DNA of 64,000 nucleotides from Escherichia coli (GTDB taxonomy: Bacteria; Pseudomonadota; Gammaproteobacteria; Enterobacterales; Enterobacteriaceae), in the NCBI RefSeq assembly GCF_003991155.1, contig NZ_CP031297.1; one strand, 5' to 3'. The position numbers were made by a program, and so were the translations under genes. Positions 35,882 to 44,315 of the stretch are shown piece after piece (position 1 is the first letter of the stretch; every line of letters begins with the position of its first letter). The notes beneath the pieces were generated by a model. It was not told where the DNA came from. It did not search any database and saw nothing but the letters and a program-made list of their open reading frames with translations.

Positions 35882-35905
35882 ATGCCCCAAAAGGGCCACT
35901 ACACG
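35882..35905 (+). promoter_or_regulatory. AcaCD/SetCD-type box upstream of traN
   Basis: atgccccaaaagggccactacacg. Confidence 0.5.
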
Positions 35906-35948
35906 TACAGGTGGCCCTTGTCTTCTCAGATAGCATGGGAAGGTTGAA

Positions 35949-38756
35949 ATGGAGAACACAATGCGAAGTCATAATTACTTTATGAAAGCTGTGGCCTCGC
36001 TGTTGACAGTAACCATGTCTGCGCTGCCGATACATTCCTACGCTAACGGTAGCCAAGACCAGGACATCACAGCGGTGGGTAAAGAGGCCCAGGCTTTCGG
36101 ACAAAACCTCTCAAACTCATTCAAGTCGAGCTCGGGGACTGTGCAAGATGGCACAATCTCTATGCCGACGTTGAAAGACGGTCAATTCCAAATGAACGGG
36201 GGGAGTCAGATTAATGTCAATGATCTATTCCCCGGAACGAGCGGGACCAACAATAAACCTGATAGTTATTACTTCCCTGATGCCAATAAACCTGATGTGG
36301 GCGGTCTGCAAGGCATTTACGACTCTGGCGATGACATGGACAGCGTGGGGAATAATGCAAAAGGGTCGCTGTGGAGTGATGCCAATAGTGCTAATCCATC
36401 AATCTCTGGTGCGGCATACAAGGTTCTTCTCGATGCCTCTAATCGATCACGCCCTGATTTCAGTAATGACCCGGTACTAAATCTAAGCAAAAAGACCTAT
36501 GAGGATATGGACCTCATCGCAGGTGGCTTTGGGGATTGTTCTGCCGAAACAACCATCAATCAGAATACTATCAACGCCCACATTCCAGAGTATGAACGGT
36601 GTCAGCGTGTTGTAGATCAAAGCGCGGACTGTGAGGTTGTCCATGACTACGACGCCTCTGTGGTGAAGCACTATGATGGTCCATATAACCTCAAATCTTG
36701 TGGAGAAGGCTGTACTGAGTTGTGGATTGGTCGAGTGGGGGACAACTACTGGAGTGGTAACTGCAAGATTTATGAGGAGTACACGCGGGTCCAAGTCAGC
36801 AATCCAGATGCCATAGTGTCTGCAACGCTTGAATACGCCAAGTGGGATGACTACATGCAAGTGTGGGTCGGTAAGTCCGGCCAAGAGACTAAAGTGTGGT
36901 CTGGCCCAGATGGCAACTTCCCTCCAGAAACAGCCGGTAGATGTGAGCTCTCCACGAGTTGGGAGCGAAACCCTAATGTTGATGTCACTCCCTATTTTAA
37001 GAACGTGAAAGATGGTGATGTTGTTACGTTTAAGATCCGCGTTTCAGTAAGTGGCGAAGGTGAGGGTTTTGGCCGCATAAAACTCCGCTATGACCCATCG
37101 AAAGCCATTACCAAGGATGAGTGGGCTCCACAGAGCTGCATGGATTCAGCCAAAGGGGTGGTAGATGGTTTTGCGGAAGGCGAGATCACATGTATAGATG
37201 ACCCGACTGATGCTACTGGCTGCACAGTCATCAATGGGATCAAAGTTTGCGAATCTCAACTCAAGCCGTCACCTTTGCCTGGTATTCCAAAACTATGCAA
37301 AAAGGTTCGAGTTAAAGCTGACTATGACTTCTATAAGGGGCAAATGGACTGCTGGACAGACCCTCAAGGTGAAACGCACTGTCCGGTAAACACGGGCGGG
37401 AATCTCGATAGCTGTCAGAAATATGAAGAAAACCCTCAGTGCGGCTTCATCAGTTCCAAATGTGTTGATGGTGCTCAGGGAAGTTCTGGTACGTGCTACG
37501 TCCACGAGGATACTTATGACTGTGGTACAGATGTTTCTGTTCCGACCTTGGAAAAGGAAACTGAGTACCAGTGCGGTGGGCCTATACGCTGCATGGGAGA
37601 TGACTGCCTTGATTTGACCAAAACACAAAGCACTGATTTTGCTCGCGCTACTGCGTTGCTCAATGCAGCCCAATTCATGACGCAGGATATGAGCTGCACA
37701 GGCCAAGATGGGGATGACAATCCTACCGGGGATGAAAACGTTATTTGCTCTGCTTTTGCAGGGGAAGCTGGCGAATGCAAGATAGCTGTTGGGGGAGTTT
37801 CTGATTGCTGTGAAAAGCCAACCAATATATCTCTTGCCGATTATCTGAACCTAATAATGGCCGTTCCAAAGCTCGATGGCGCAGTGATGGGGCTGACTGA
37901 TGGTAATGCGCTTAAAGGTGCTTATCAGGTACTTAGGGAACCTGCCCTTCAAGGGTGGACAGAAGTCACAAAACCGTTCACAAGTTATATAGAGAACGTT
38001 TCAGGTGCTGTTGATTCGTTCTTCCAGCCTGTAGAGCAGTTTGTTGATCAACTCATTGACCAGCTCAAAGAGCAAGTCAAAGAAGTGATGATGGATGTCA
38101 TGAAATCAGCAGGCCAAGATGCAGCAACAGAGCAGGCGGCTGCCGCAGCATCTGAACAAGCTGCCGAAGCAATGATGGAGACTGCGACAACATGGCTTAG
38201 CACTGCCATGACGATATATACCGTCTATGTCGTTGCGATGGTGATGATCCAGATGATTTATAAGTGCGAGGAAGAAGAGTTCACTATGAACGCAAAAAGA
38301 GCGCTCAAGAATTGCACCTATGTAGGCTCTTATTGTAAATCTAAGGTGTTGGGCGCTTGTATTGAAAAAAGAGAAGCGTATTGCTGCTTCAATTCTCCGC
38401 TCTCTCGTATTATACAAGAACAGGTTCGCCCTCAATTGGGGCAGAACTTTGGAGACCCCAAAAATCCTCAGTGTGAAGGGATTCCACTAGATAAAATTGC
38501 CGAAATTGATTGGAGCAAAATTAATTTGGATGAGTGGCTTGGGATATTACAGCAGAACGGTAAATTCCCTGATCCGGCCTCAATAAATCTCGACTCGCTG
38601 ACTGGAGCAGGGAATGACTTCAATATTGACGGGACGCGGAAGAATGCTCAGGAAAGGGCGTTGGAGCGGTTGGAAGGGATTGATATTGACGCGAAGCGAA
38701 AAGAGGCGACAAACAGCATAGACCCTCAAACAGGCGCGCCAACTGGTGGTGGATAA
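35949..38756 (+). CDS. traN: F-type mating-pair stabilisation protein TraN
   Basis: 935 aa, signal peptide, many conserved Cys, C-terminal CCFNSPLSRIIQEQ motif. Confidence 0.8.
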   Translation: MENTMRSHNYFMKAVASLLTVTMSALPIHSYANGSQDQDITAVGKEAQAFGQNLSNSFKSSSGTVQDGTISMPTLKDGQFQMNGGSQINVNDLFPGTSGTNNKPDSYYFPDANKPDVGGLQGIYDSGDDMDSVGNNAKGSLWSDANSANPSISGAAYKVLLDASNRSRPDFSNDPVLNLSKKTYEDMDLIAGGFGDCSAETTINQNTINAHIPEYERCQRVVDQSADCEVVHDYDASVVKHYDGPYNLKSCGEGCTELWIGRVGDNYWSGNCKIYEEYTRVQVSNPDAIVSATLEYAKWDDYMQVWVGKSGQETKVWSGPDGNFPPETAGRCELSTSWERNPNVDVTPYFKNVKDGDVVTFKIRVSVSGEGEGFGRIKLRYDPSKAITKDEWAPQSCMDSAKGVVDGFAEGEITCIDDPTDATGCTVINGIKVCESQLKPSPLPGIPKLCKKVRVKADYDFYKGQMDCWTDPQGETHCPVNTGGNLDSCQKYEENPQCGFISSKCVDGAQGSSGTCYVHEDTYDCGTDVSVPTLEKETEYQCGGPIRCMGDDCLDLTKTQSTDFARATALLNAAQFMTQDMSCTGQDGDDNPTGDENVICSAFAGEAGECKIAVGGVSDCCEKPTNISLADYLNLIMAVPKLDGAVMGLTDGNALKGAYQVLREPALQGWTEVTKPFTSYIENVSGAVDSFFQPVEQFVDQLIDQLKEQVKEVMMDVMKSAGQDAATEQAAAAASEQAAEAMMETATTWLSTAMTIYTVYVVAMVMIQMIYKCEEEEFTMNAKRALKNCTYVGSYCKSKVLGACIEKREAYCCFNSPLSRIIQEQVRPQLGQNFGDPKNPQCEGIPLDKIAEIDWSKINLDEWLGILQQNGKFPDPASINLDSLTGAGNDFNIDGTRKNAQERALERLEGIDIDAKRKEATNSIDPQTGAPTGGG

Positions 38757-38781
38757 AAAAAGGGGCCTTTCGGCCCCTTTC
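38754..38781. terminator. bidirectional intrinsic terminator (traN and convergent lipoprotein gene)
   Basis: aaaaaaaGGGGCC-tttc-GGCCCCttt. Confidence 0.75.
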
Positions 38782-38794
38782 TCATGTAGATTGA

Positions 38795-39655
38795 TTACGC
38801 TTCTGGGTAAACAAATAACTCTGCTTTTCCCTGATCAAGAAGGTAAGGGAAAGCAACTTTTTCGCCATTATCCAGCTCAACCGATTTTGGAGCAAGGTAG
38901 AGGTAGGCCCAAGCTGGTAGCTGTTTGCTAATAGCTGCGTAGATCGCTTGCTGAGGAGCATGGCTTGCTGCCCCATTACCGACATTCACAAAGTTGTATG
39001 CGGTCTCATGGCCTGATGTGAAGGCATACGCTGTACCTTGAACGCCAGAGACAAAATTAGGAGCTGACCCTAGGCGAGGCTCCACGATTTTCACCTTAAC
39101 GGAACACATGTCAGCTACCTTACTTTGTCCGTTCACCCACGTCGGGCAACCCCATTCATTCTTGTAGAACTGATAGGTTAGGCGACCGTCTTTGTCATAC
39201 AGAAGCGTGAAATTGGCACCCAAATCAGTCAGCGCTGACTCAATGGAAACTTTCACATGTGAAAGAAATTTGGCCTGAGCGTCTGCCGGTGAAACTGCTT
39301 CGTTAGCAGGCATCCAAGCGATCAAGCTATTGCGAGCGCCATGCTGTTTGGGGCCGATAGCCCAGTTCGCAAGGTTGACCAAGCCACCTTGCCAGTCGGT
39401 CATTCCGAGCTGAGGGGACATGTAGCCAGACAGCACGTAGGCTGCCCCAAACGTTTTGGTGTCGGTCAGACGCTCCAGCTTGTCACGCGGAACAGAAGCG
39501 TCTTGGATGCCTGTTACCAGGCCACCGGCCTCCGCGATGTTGTAAGCGCGACTGTGATTGGTTTTGTACGCTGTGGGTTCGTAACTGCTGGTGGATGCAC
39601 AGCCAGATAGAGCTGCTACAGCCAGAGCCACGGTGGTGATTAAAGCCTTTTTCAT
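38795..39655 (-). CDS. lipoprotein (286 aa)
   Basis: MKKALITTVALAVAALSGCAS lipobox. Confidence 0.55.
   Translation of the reverse strand: MKKALITTVALAVAALSGCASTSSYEPTAYKTNHSRAYNIAEAGGLVTGIQDASVPRDKLERLTDTKTFGAAYVLSGYMSPQLGMTDWQGGLVNLANWAIGPKQHGARNSLIAWMPANEAVSPADAQAKFLSHVKVSIESALTDLGANFTLLYDKDGRLTYQFYKNEWGCPTWVNGQSKVADMCSVKVKIVEPRLGSAPNFVSGVQGTAYAFTSGHETAYNFVNVGNGAASHAPQQAIYAAISKQLPAWAYLYLAPKSVELDNGEKVAFPYLLDQGKAELFVYPEA
39250..39265. promoter_or_regulatory. palindrome CTTTCACATGTGAAAG, copy 3 of 4 (inside the lipoprotein CDS)
   Basis: Exact 16-bp core within coding sequence. Confidence 0.35.
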
Positions 39656-39734
39656 GTTGTTCTCCGTTCTTACCTGAGTTGAATCTGATTTACTTCGATA
39701 ATATCACAGCATCAAAAAATGCAACCATAAAAGA

Positions 39735-39761
39735 CAAAAAAAAGCCCCTCGGGCGAGGGGC
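39735..39761 (-). terminator. intrinsic terminator after the PFL_4669/AcaB-like gene
   Basis: On the - strand: GCCCCTCG-cc-CGAGGGGC followed by T8. Confidence 0.75.
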
Positions 39762-39777
39762 AAAGGTTTGGGCTGGG

Positions 39778-40419
39778 TTATGCTGCTTTTGTTTTCTCGG
39801 CTTCGTCTGCGATTTCCTTGTCGCCGGTTGCAGATTCCGGAGCGGCTTCGGCCACTTCACCTTCTTTGCCTTTGCTGTGGGCGGAAATGCGAGCCCGTTT
39901 CTCGATGCCGATGATTCGACCGGCCAGCTTGATGAGGCGTTGCTGCCATTGGTAAGTGGCGTCGGTGCGCTGCTTGCTGGTCAGTACGGTGTTCAGCCAG
40001 AGAGTGTCAACGATCCCCATCAGGGTATCCAGTTTGCGGATCAGGTGTGCAAACTGAGCAACCTGAGGAGAGTTGATCTCGATGGTGTATTCATTCGGGT
40101 TGGTGTAGCCGGGCATCATGTCGATGCCGTTGTCTTCCATCAGCTTGTTGAGCTGGGCGGTAGCTTTGTCCAGGTCTTCGGAGACCTTGGAAATGTGTTC
40201 CAGGATGACGGTTTCAACCTGGTCGATTTCGTCCTGCTCACCGATGATGCGAAGGATCACGTCGATGGAGAACAGGGAGTTGGAAACTCGCTCAAAGCTG
40301 CGTTCCATGACGCGCTGAGCTTGGAGGCTGTTTACTTTCAGAACTTGCTTGAAAACAGGGCGAGAGTAGTGGTTGCTGCGGTCGTTGTTTGTGTCCAGTG
40401 CTACTTGTGCTTCTGCCAT
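39778..40419 (-). CDS. PFL_4669-family-like protein; size and position compatible with the IncC regulator AcaB
   Basis: Trimmed to MAEAQVALDTNND... (213 aa) with AGGAG upstream; acidic/Lys-rich tail; family and AcaB assignment from memory only. Confidence 0.4.
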   Translation of the reverse strand: MAEAQVALDTNNDRSNHYSRPVFKQVLKVNSLQAQRVMERSFERVSNSLFSIDVILRIIGEQDEIDQVETVILEHISKVSEDLDKATAQLNKLMEDNGIDMMPGYTNPNEYTIEINSPQVAQFAHLIRKLDTLMGIVDTLWLNTVLTSKQRTDATYQWQQRLIKLAGRIIGIEKRARISAHSKGKEGEVAEAAPESATGDKEIADEAEKTKAA

Positions 40420-40498
40420 TAGAGATACTCCTAAATTTGAGGTACAGATAAACGCACTGGAAAGGATAAATGCGGTCAATCTGTAACCTGACCTCTCG

Positions 40499-40527
40499 AA
40501 GTGCCCAAAATGGACAGTTACAGCGTT
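40499..40527. promoter_or_regulatory. AcaCD/SetCD-type box matching the motif in both orientations (divergent promoters)
   Basis: + strand gtgcccaaaatggacagttacagcg; - strand reads tgtccattttgggcacttcgagag, close to the dsbC box. Confidence 0.55.
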
Positions 40528-40584
40528 TTCTGTTTAGCAAAGGTGAGCTATATTTGAATCATCTTAGTCGCTCTGCGGCTATAG

Positions 40585-40616
40585 GTGAGATAGCTGGTCT
40601 CCGAAAACAAACAGCA
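40585..40616 (+). promoter_or_regulatory. conserved stem-loop module copy 1 (arms GAGA/TCTC, loop TAGCTGG, tail CGAAAACAAACAGCA)
   Basis: gtGAGAtagctggTCTCcgaaaacaaacagca, about 60 nt downstream of the box at 40499. Confidence 0.7.
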
Positions 40617-40644
40617 TCTAGTCTTATGCCGTATGGCATTACTT

Positions 40645-40713
40645 AACCCCAAGCCGGGGGCTTCTCCCGGTTTTCGGGTGTTGCCCCTGTTTTTTTTACA
40701 TAGGAGCAACACC
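40645..40713 (+). promoter_or_regulatory. structured gene leader with terminator-like fold and anti-SD
   Basis: AACCCC...CCGGGGgcttctCCCGG. GGGGC(40657)...GCCCC(40683) followed by tgtttttttt. ggtgttgc (40677) is the exact complement of gcaacacc (40706), which abuts the ATG. Confidence 0.6.
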
Positions 40714-41034
40714 ATGCACATCATCACTTTCATTGTAGTTCTGCTTGCATCTCTGGGCGCACTGTACGTAGGCGCGAAGGCATTTGCTTTTTCCTTCATC
40801 GTTCTCGCTAAAGTGTTCCAGCGTATCGGTTTGTTCCTTTGGAACAAATTCGCAGTTCCTGCAATGCGGTCTGTACAGGCCGTCATCAAAGAACGTGCTG
40901 CCAAGGCTGAACAAGCCAAAGCAGTCGTTGAACCTGAGGTAACTCAAGTTCAAGAAGTCGCTAAACAAGAACCTGACTGGGATTATCTCGAAATCCCGAC
41001 TTACCTTCGTAAGGGCAAGGAACTTGTTTGGTAA
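40714..41034 (+). CDS. small membrane protein ending in an FtsZ C-terminal-peptide mimic
   Basis: 106 aa from an ATG after AGGAG; hydrophobic N-terminal 45 aa; C-terminus KQEPDWDYLEIPTYLRKGKELVW versus E. coli FtsZ tail KEPDYLDIPAFLRKQAD (from memory). Confidence 0.55.
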   Translation: MHIITFIVVLLASLGALYVGAKAFAFSFIVLAKVFQRIGLFLWNKFAVPAMRSVQAVIKERAAKAEQAKAVVEPEVTQVQEVAKQEPDWDYLEIPTYLRKGKELVW

Positions 41035-41066
41035 TAACTGTCGCTGAGTAATCTTCGACACTTTCA

Positions 41067-41128
41067 AACCCATCGGGGCAACCATACCCCGACGGGGATG
41101 TTGCCCCTTTTTGCTTAGGAGCAACATC
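41067..41128 (+). terminator. structured spacer containing an intrinsic-terminator-like hairpin plus anti-SD
   Basis: GGGGCAAC (41075)...GTTGCCCC (41100), an 8-bp stem followed by T5. gatgttgc (41097) is the exact complement of gcaacatc (41121) next to the ATG. Confidence 0.6.
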
Positions 41129-41221
41129 ATGGAAATCGCTATCATCGCTTTGTGTATCCCTGCTGGTTGGGCAATCTCTCGTCCTTTCGTGAGAATCGCT
41201 GAATCGTTCGGTTACTGCTGA
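41129..41221 (+). CDS. tiny hydrophobic peptide (30 aa)
   Basis: Own translation MEIAIIALCIPAGWAISRPFVRIAESFGYC; AGGAGCAACATC-ATG leader, the same design as its neighbours. Confidence 0.3.
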   Translation: MEIAIIALCIPAGWAISRPFVRIAESFGYC

Positions 41222-41337
41222 TAGTCAACGCAAAGGGAGGGGGCAACCCCTCTCTTTCTGGTCAAGCCTCTGTGGCTTGTCCTCAAAGTCTTCTGGTGTC
41301 AGTTGGCTTTGACGACAAGCTACAGGGGGAATGTCGA

Positions 41338-41523
41338 ATGCAACAGAATCTTCATGTTTACGACGATCACGCAGGCATCATCTATCTGGCTGATGGACGC
41401 GAGGTGAAATTTGATCCGAAACTGTATTCCAGCTCCTACCAGGCGCACAGTGAAGCAGTGAAGTGGGCCAAAGAAACCGGGGTCATTGGTCAAAACGACG
41501 ATGTGGTGATGTTCGTCCATTGA
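41338..41523 (+). CDS. hypothetical protein (61 aa)
   Basis: Trimmed to MQQNLHVYDDH... after AGGGGGA. Confidence 0.4.
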   Translation: MQQNLHVYDDHAGIIYLADGREVKFDPKLYSSSYQAHSEAVKWAKETGVIGQNDDVVMFVH

Positions 41524-41600
41524 GGGAGTAGCCTCCAGGAGAGGCTACTCTCCTCGCTCCTTAAAAGTCTTCTTACTCATGGTGAATACCATCAGTAAGC

Positions 41601-41721
41601 AGATTTTGTTCTCTTCGGAGAGCGAAAAGTGCGATAGCTGGTCGCCAAAAACAAACAGCAAATTAACGTTAATTTACTAGCCCAACCGGGCGCATCCGCC
41701 CGGTTCGGGACGTGGTGCGCC
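41601..41721 (+). repeat. 121-bp perfect direct repeat, copy A
   Basis: agattttgttctcttcggagagcgaaaagtgcgatagctggtcgccaaaaacaaacagcaaattaacgttaatttactagcccaaccgggcgcatccgcccggttcgggacgtggtgcgcc, identical to 46436-46556. Confidence 0.9.
41629..41660 (+). promoter_or_regulatory. conserved stem-loop module copy 2 (GCGA/TCGC)
   Basis: gtGCGAtagctggTCGCcaaaaacaaacagca. Confidence 0.7.
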
Positions 41722-41742
41722 TGTCACAATAGGAGCGCACCT
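41681..41742 (+). promoter_or_regulatory. structured gene leader (two-tier hairpin, SD/start mimic, anti-SD)
   Basis: CCCaaCCGGGCgcatccGCCCGGttcGGG. ggtgcgc (41714) is complementary both to loop gcgcatc (41690) and to gcgcacc (41735) next to the ATG. Confidence 0.65.
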
Positions 41743-42711
41743 ATGTCTCAATACTCTCAATTCTCAGTAAGCAAGGTTTTCGGTATGCCCAGCATTCCGG
41801 AGAAGGTAACGGCCATCGGCTACGCTGACGGTTCAAACCCTTTCATCCCTGCCACTGATACCAACTACGTTTTCCGCAAAGAGTTTCTGCGAGAGGTCTT
41901 GGCCTATCTCAAAGAGCCTGGCGGTGACGCATTGTTCGTAACCGGCCCTACCGGGTCTGGCAAAACCTCAGGTATCACCGAGATCGCTGGTCGTCTCAAC
42001 TGGCCTGTTCAGCAAATCACTGCCCACGGGCGGATGGAGCTGACAGATCTGATTGGACATCACGCTCTGGTCGCGGAAAAGCCTGGTCAACCACCTGTCA
42101 TGAAGTTCATGTATGGACCTCTGGCAGTCGCTATGCGTGAAGGTCATCTGCTCCTCATCAACGAGGTGGATTTGGCCGACCCTGCCGAGCTGGCTGGTCT
42201 CAACGATGTCCTTGAAGGGCGTCCCCTTGTGATCGCTCAGAATGGCGGGGAAATCATCAAGCCGCACCCGATGTTTCGTGTGGTCGTTACTGGTAACTCT
42301 ACGGGGTCCGGTGATGCTTCTGGTTTGTACCAGGGGGTGATGATGCAGAACCTCGCAGCTATGGATCGCTATCGTTTCACCAAAGTAGGGTATGCGGATG
42401 AGGAAGCTGAACTCAGCATTCTTGGCCGTGCTACTCCGAAACTTCCGGAAAATGTGCGGAAGGGAATGGTTCGGATTGCTAATCAGGTCCGCAAACTGTT
42501 TCTTGGCGAAAACGGTGAAGATGGTCAGATCAGCGTCACCATGTCCACTCGGACGTTGGTGCGTTGGGCGAAACTGTCTCTAGCGTTCCGTGGTGCCCCA
42601 AATGCTCTTGAATACGCCTTGGATCAAGCTCTGCTTATCCGTGCGGCCAAAGAGGAGCGTGAAGCCATCCTGCGTGTTGCGAAGGATGTGTTCGGGGACC
42701 AATGGCGCTAA
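41743..42711 (+). CDS. AAA+ ATPase, MoxR/CobS-like
   Basis: 322 aa; Walker A GPTGSGKTS; Walker B LLLINEVDLA. Confidence 0.8.
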   Translation: MSQYSQFSVSKVFGMPSIPEKVTAIGYADGSNPFIPATDTNYVFRKEFLREVLAYLKEPGGDALFVTGPTGSGKTSGITEIAGRLNWPVQQITAHGRMELTDLIGHHALVAEKPGQPPVMKFMYGPLAVAMREGHLLLINEVDLADPAELAGLNDVLEGRPLVIAQNGGEIIKPHPMFRVVVTGNSTGSGDASGLYQGVMMQNLAAMDRYRFTKVGYADEEAELSILGRATPKLPENVRKGMVRIANQVRKLFLGENGEDGQISVTMSTRTLVRWAKLSLAFRGAPNALEYALDQALLIRAAKEEREAILRVAKDVFGDQWR

Positions 42712-42721
42712 GAGGTGACGC

Positions 42722-43630
42722 ATGAAGAAAAATGACTGTTTGTGCCGTCGTTACACTGCTAAAGAGTGGGGCAATGACGAAACCACAATAGAAGTCTTCA
42801 TTGGCTACAAGTTGCTCCGGGAGCCCAGCTCCTCGGAGCCAGGCCAATTCACGATGGTCGAGCTACGCCGAACCGTCACTGATGGGAAAGCTGAAAATTG
42901 GTCTGAGACAAAGCTCGAAGGACCTTTTGAAGCTAACGGCCCAGACACGATCCCAATGTCCTACAAGGACAAAGAAAGCCAGTATGTGTCACAGTTTCTC
43001 AGCCAGGGGTACACCTTTCTGGATGAGGTGCTGGTAAACGCAGAGACACAGACGGTGCTGGAAGGGGGGAATGTTTCAGCCGGACAAACAGCCAGCTTGG
43101 GATCTCTCAACTGGCTGTTATCTCCGCCCTCTGAGTTACCTCCAGGTGACATAAACCTCTTCAAAGGTTTTGTTGCTGGGGTTTTTGCCAAAGGAGCCGG
43201 TTTAATCGGCTTTGAGGTTGCTCGGAGCGAAGGCTCAAATGACTTGCTACCCAGTGTGCTGATGCGTACTGACAGCGGTTATGAGCTTGGGGTTAGCACT
43301 GGACTAGGCGAAAACACTATCCATCCAGCTACGCTGGAAGGCGCTGGTGAACTCCGCCCGGAACATGGTCACAAACCCCTGCTGATGTTGGTTTACCTGC
43401 AACAGCGTTTCGCGGATGACTTTTCAAACGTAGAGAAGCCGCTGGTGGCATTCTGTGATGAACAGGGTGATACCTTCGACTACGAGCGTTTTGATTCACT
43501 AAAACCCCTCATTGAACGGTTTGGTTTCAGCTACGACGAAGTAAGAGCAGATGCAGAAAGGCTTGGCCTTGTATCTGAGCTGATTCGCCTGGCAGAGATC
43601 GACGCCGAACAAGAGGATCACTTTTTTTAA
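42722..43630 (+). CDS. hypothetical protein (302 aa) with acidic-aromatic C-terminus EQEDHFF
   Basis: ORF with GAGGTGA upstream. Confidence 0.5.
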   Translation: MKKNDCLCRRYTAKEWGNDETTIEVFIGYKLLREPSSSEPGQFTMVELRRTVTDGKAENWSETKLEGPFEANGPDTIPMSYKDKESQYVSQFLSQGYTFLDEVLVNAETQTVLEGGNVSAGQTASLGSLNWLLSPPSELPPGDINLFKGFVAGVFAKGAGLIGFEVARSEGSNDLLPSVLMRTDSGYELGVSTGLGENTIHPATLEGAGELRPEHGHKPLLMLVYLQQRFADDFSNVEKPLVAFCDEQGDTFDYERFDSLKPLIERFGFSYDEVRADAERLGLVSELIRLAEIDAEQEDHFF

Positions 43631-43693
43631 CCCTTACGGGGGCTTGCTCCCCGAAAGGGGCGTTGGCCCTCTCCAAATAACTTGGAGGTCATG

Positions 43694-44221
43694 ATGTCTA
43701 AAGGCGTCAACAAAGTAATTCTGGTCGGTAATCTCGGTTCTGACCCGGAAATTCGCTACATGCCAAGCGGCACTGCCGTTGCCAACTTCAACGTTGCAAC
43801 AACGGATACGTGGCGCGATAAGCAGTCTGGCGAGCAAAGAGAGCATACTGAGTGGCACCGTATTGTGCTTAAAGGTCGTTTGGCGGAAGTCGCTGGTGAG
43901 TACCTGAAAAAGGGCTCCCAAGTCTATCTCGAAGGGAGCAACCGCACCCGGAAGTGGACTGACAGCCAACAAATCGAGCGCTACACCACCGAAGTACACT
44001 GCGTTGAAATGCAGATGCTTGGTGGTCGTGGAAATGCACCTCAGGACAACTCTCAACGTGCAGCGCCCCAAAAAGGGCAACGTACAGGAGCCGGTACGCA
44101 ATCTGCTCCTGTGCAGCAATCAGCACCGCAAGGTGGTATGGGCGGAGGCTATGGTCCCGCTCCTGATGGCTGGGATGATGACATCCCGTTCATGCGGCTG
44201 CACCACTTGGCTGGCGGGTAA
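43694..44221 (+). CDS. ssb: single-stranded DNA-binding protein with extended C-terminus
   Basis: [38 protein letters not shown] fold; Gly/Gln/Pro linker; WDDDIPF followed by MRLHHLAGG. Start chosen 5 nt after GGAGG. Confidence 0.9.
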   Translation: MSKGVNKVILVGNLGSDPEIRYMPSGTAVANFNVATTDTWRDKQSGEQREHTEWHRIVLKGRLAEVAGEYLKKGSQVYLEGSNRTRKWTDSQQIERYTTEVHCVEMQMLGGRGNAPQDNSQRAAPQKGQRTGAGTQSAPVQQSAPQGGMGGGYGPAPDGWDDDIPFMRLHHLAGG

Positions 44222-44238
44222 CACCGCCAACTCTTACT

Positions 44239-44315
44239 AAACCCCACGGGGGCACTCATGCCCCGAGGGGGTCATGGTGTCCTCAAACCGTTCATTCGTG
44301 AATTGGAGAAACACC
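44239..44315 (+). promoter_or_regulatory. structured gene leader upstream of bet
   Basis: CCCCacGGGGGCactcatGCCCCgaGGGGG (44242-44271). catggtgt (44273) is the exact complement of acaccatg (44311), which includes the start codon. Confidence 0.65.

Noticed and set aside
39679..40422. 247-aa + strand ORF
   Set aside because: Antisense to the better-supported PFL_4669/AcaB-like gene; it runs through that gene's terminator; no SD; Gly/Val/Phe-rich mirror-frame composition.
43640..43665. ccccgaaaggggcgttggccc as a further activator box
   Set aside because: It lacks the TAnnGCG right half and is fully explained as hairpins of the ssb leader.
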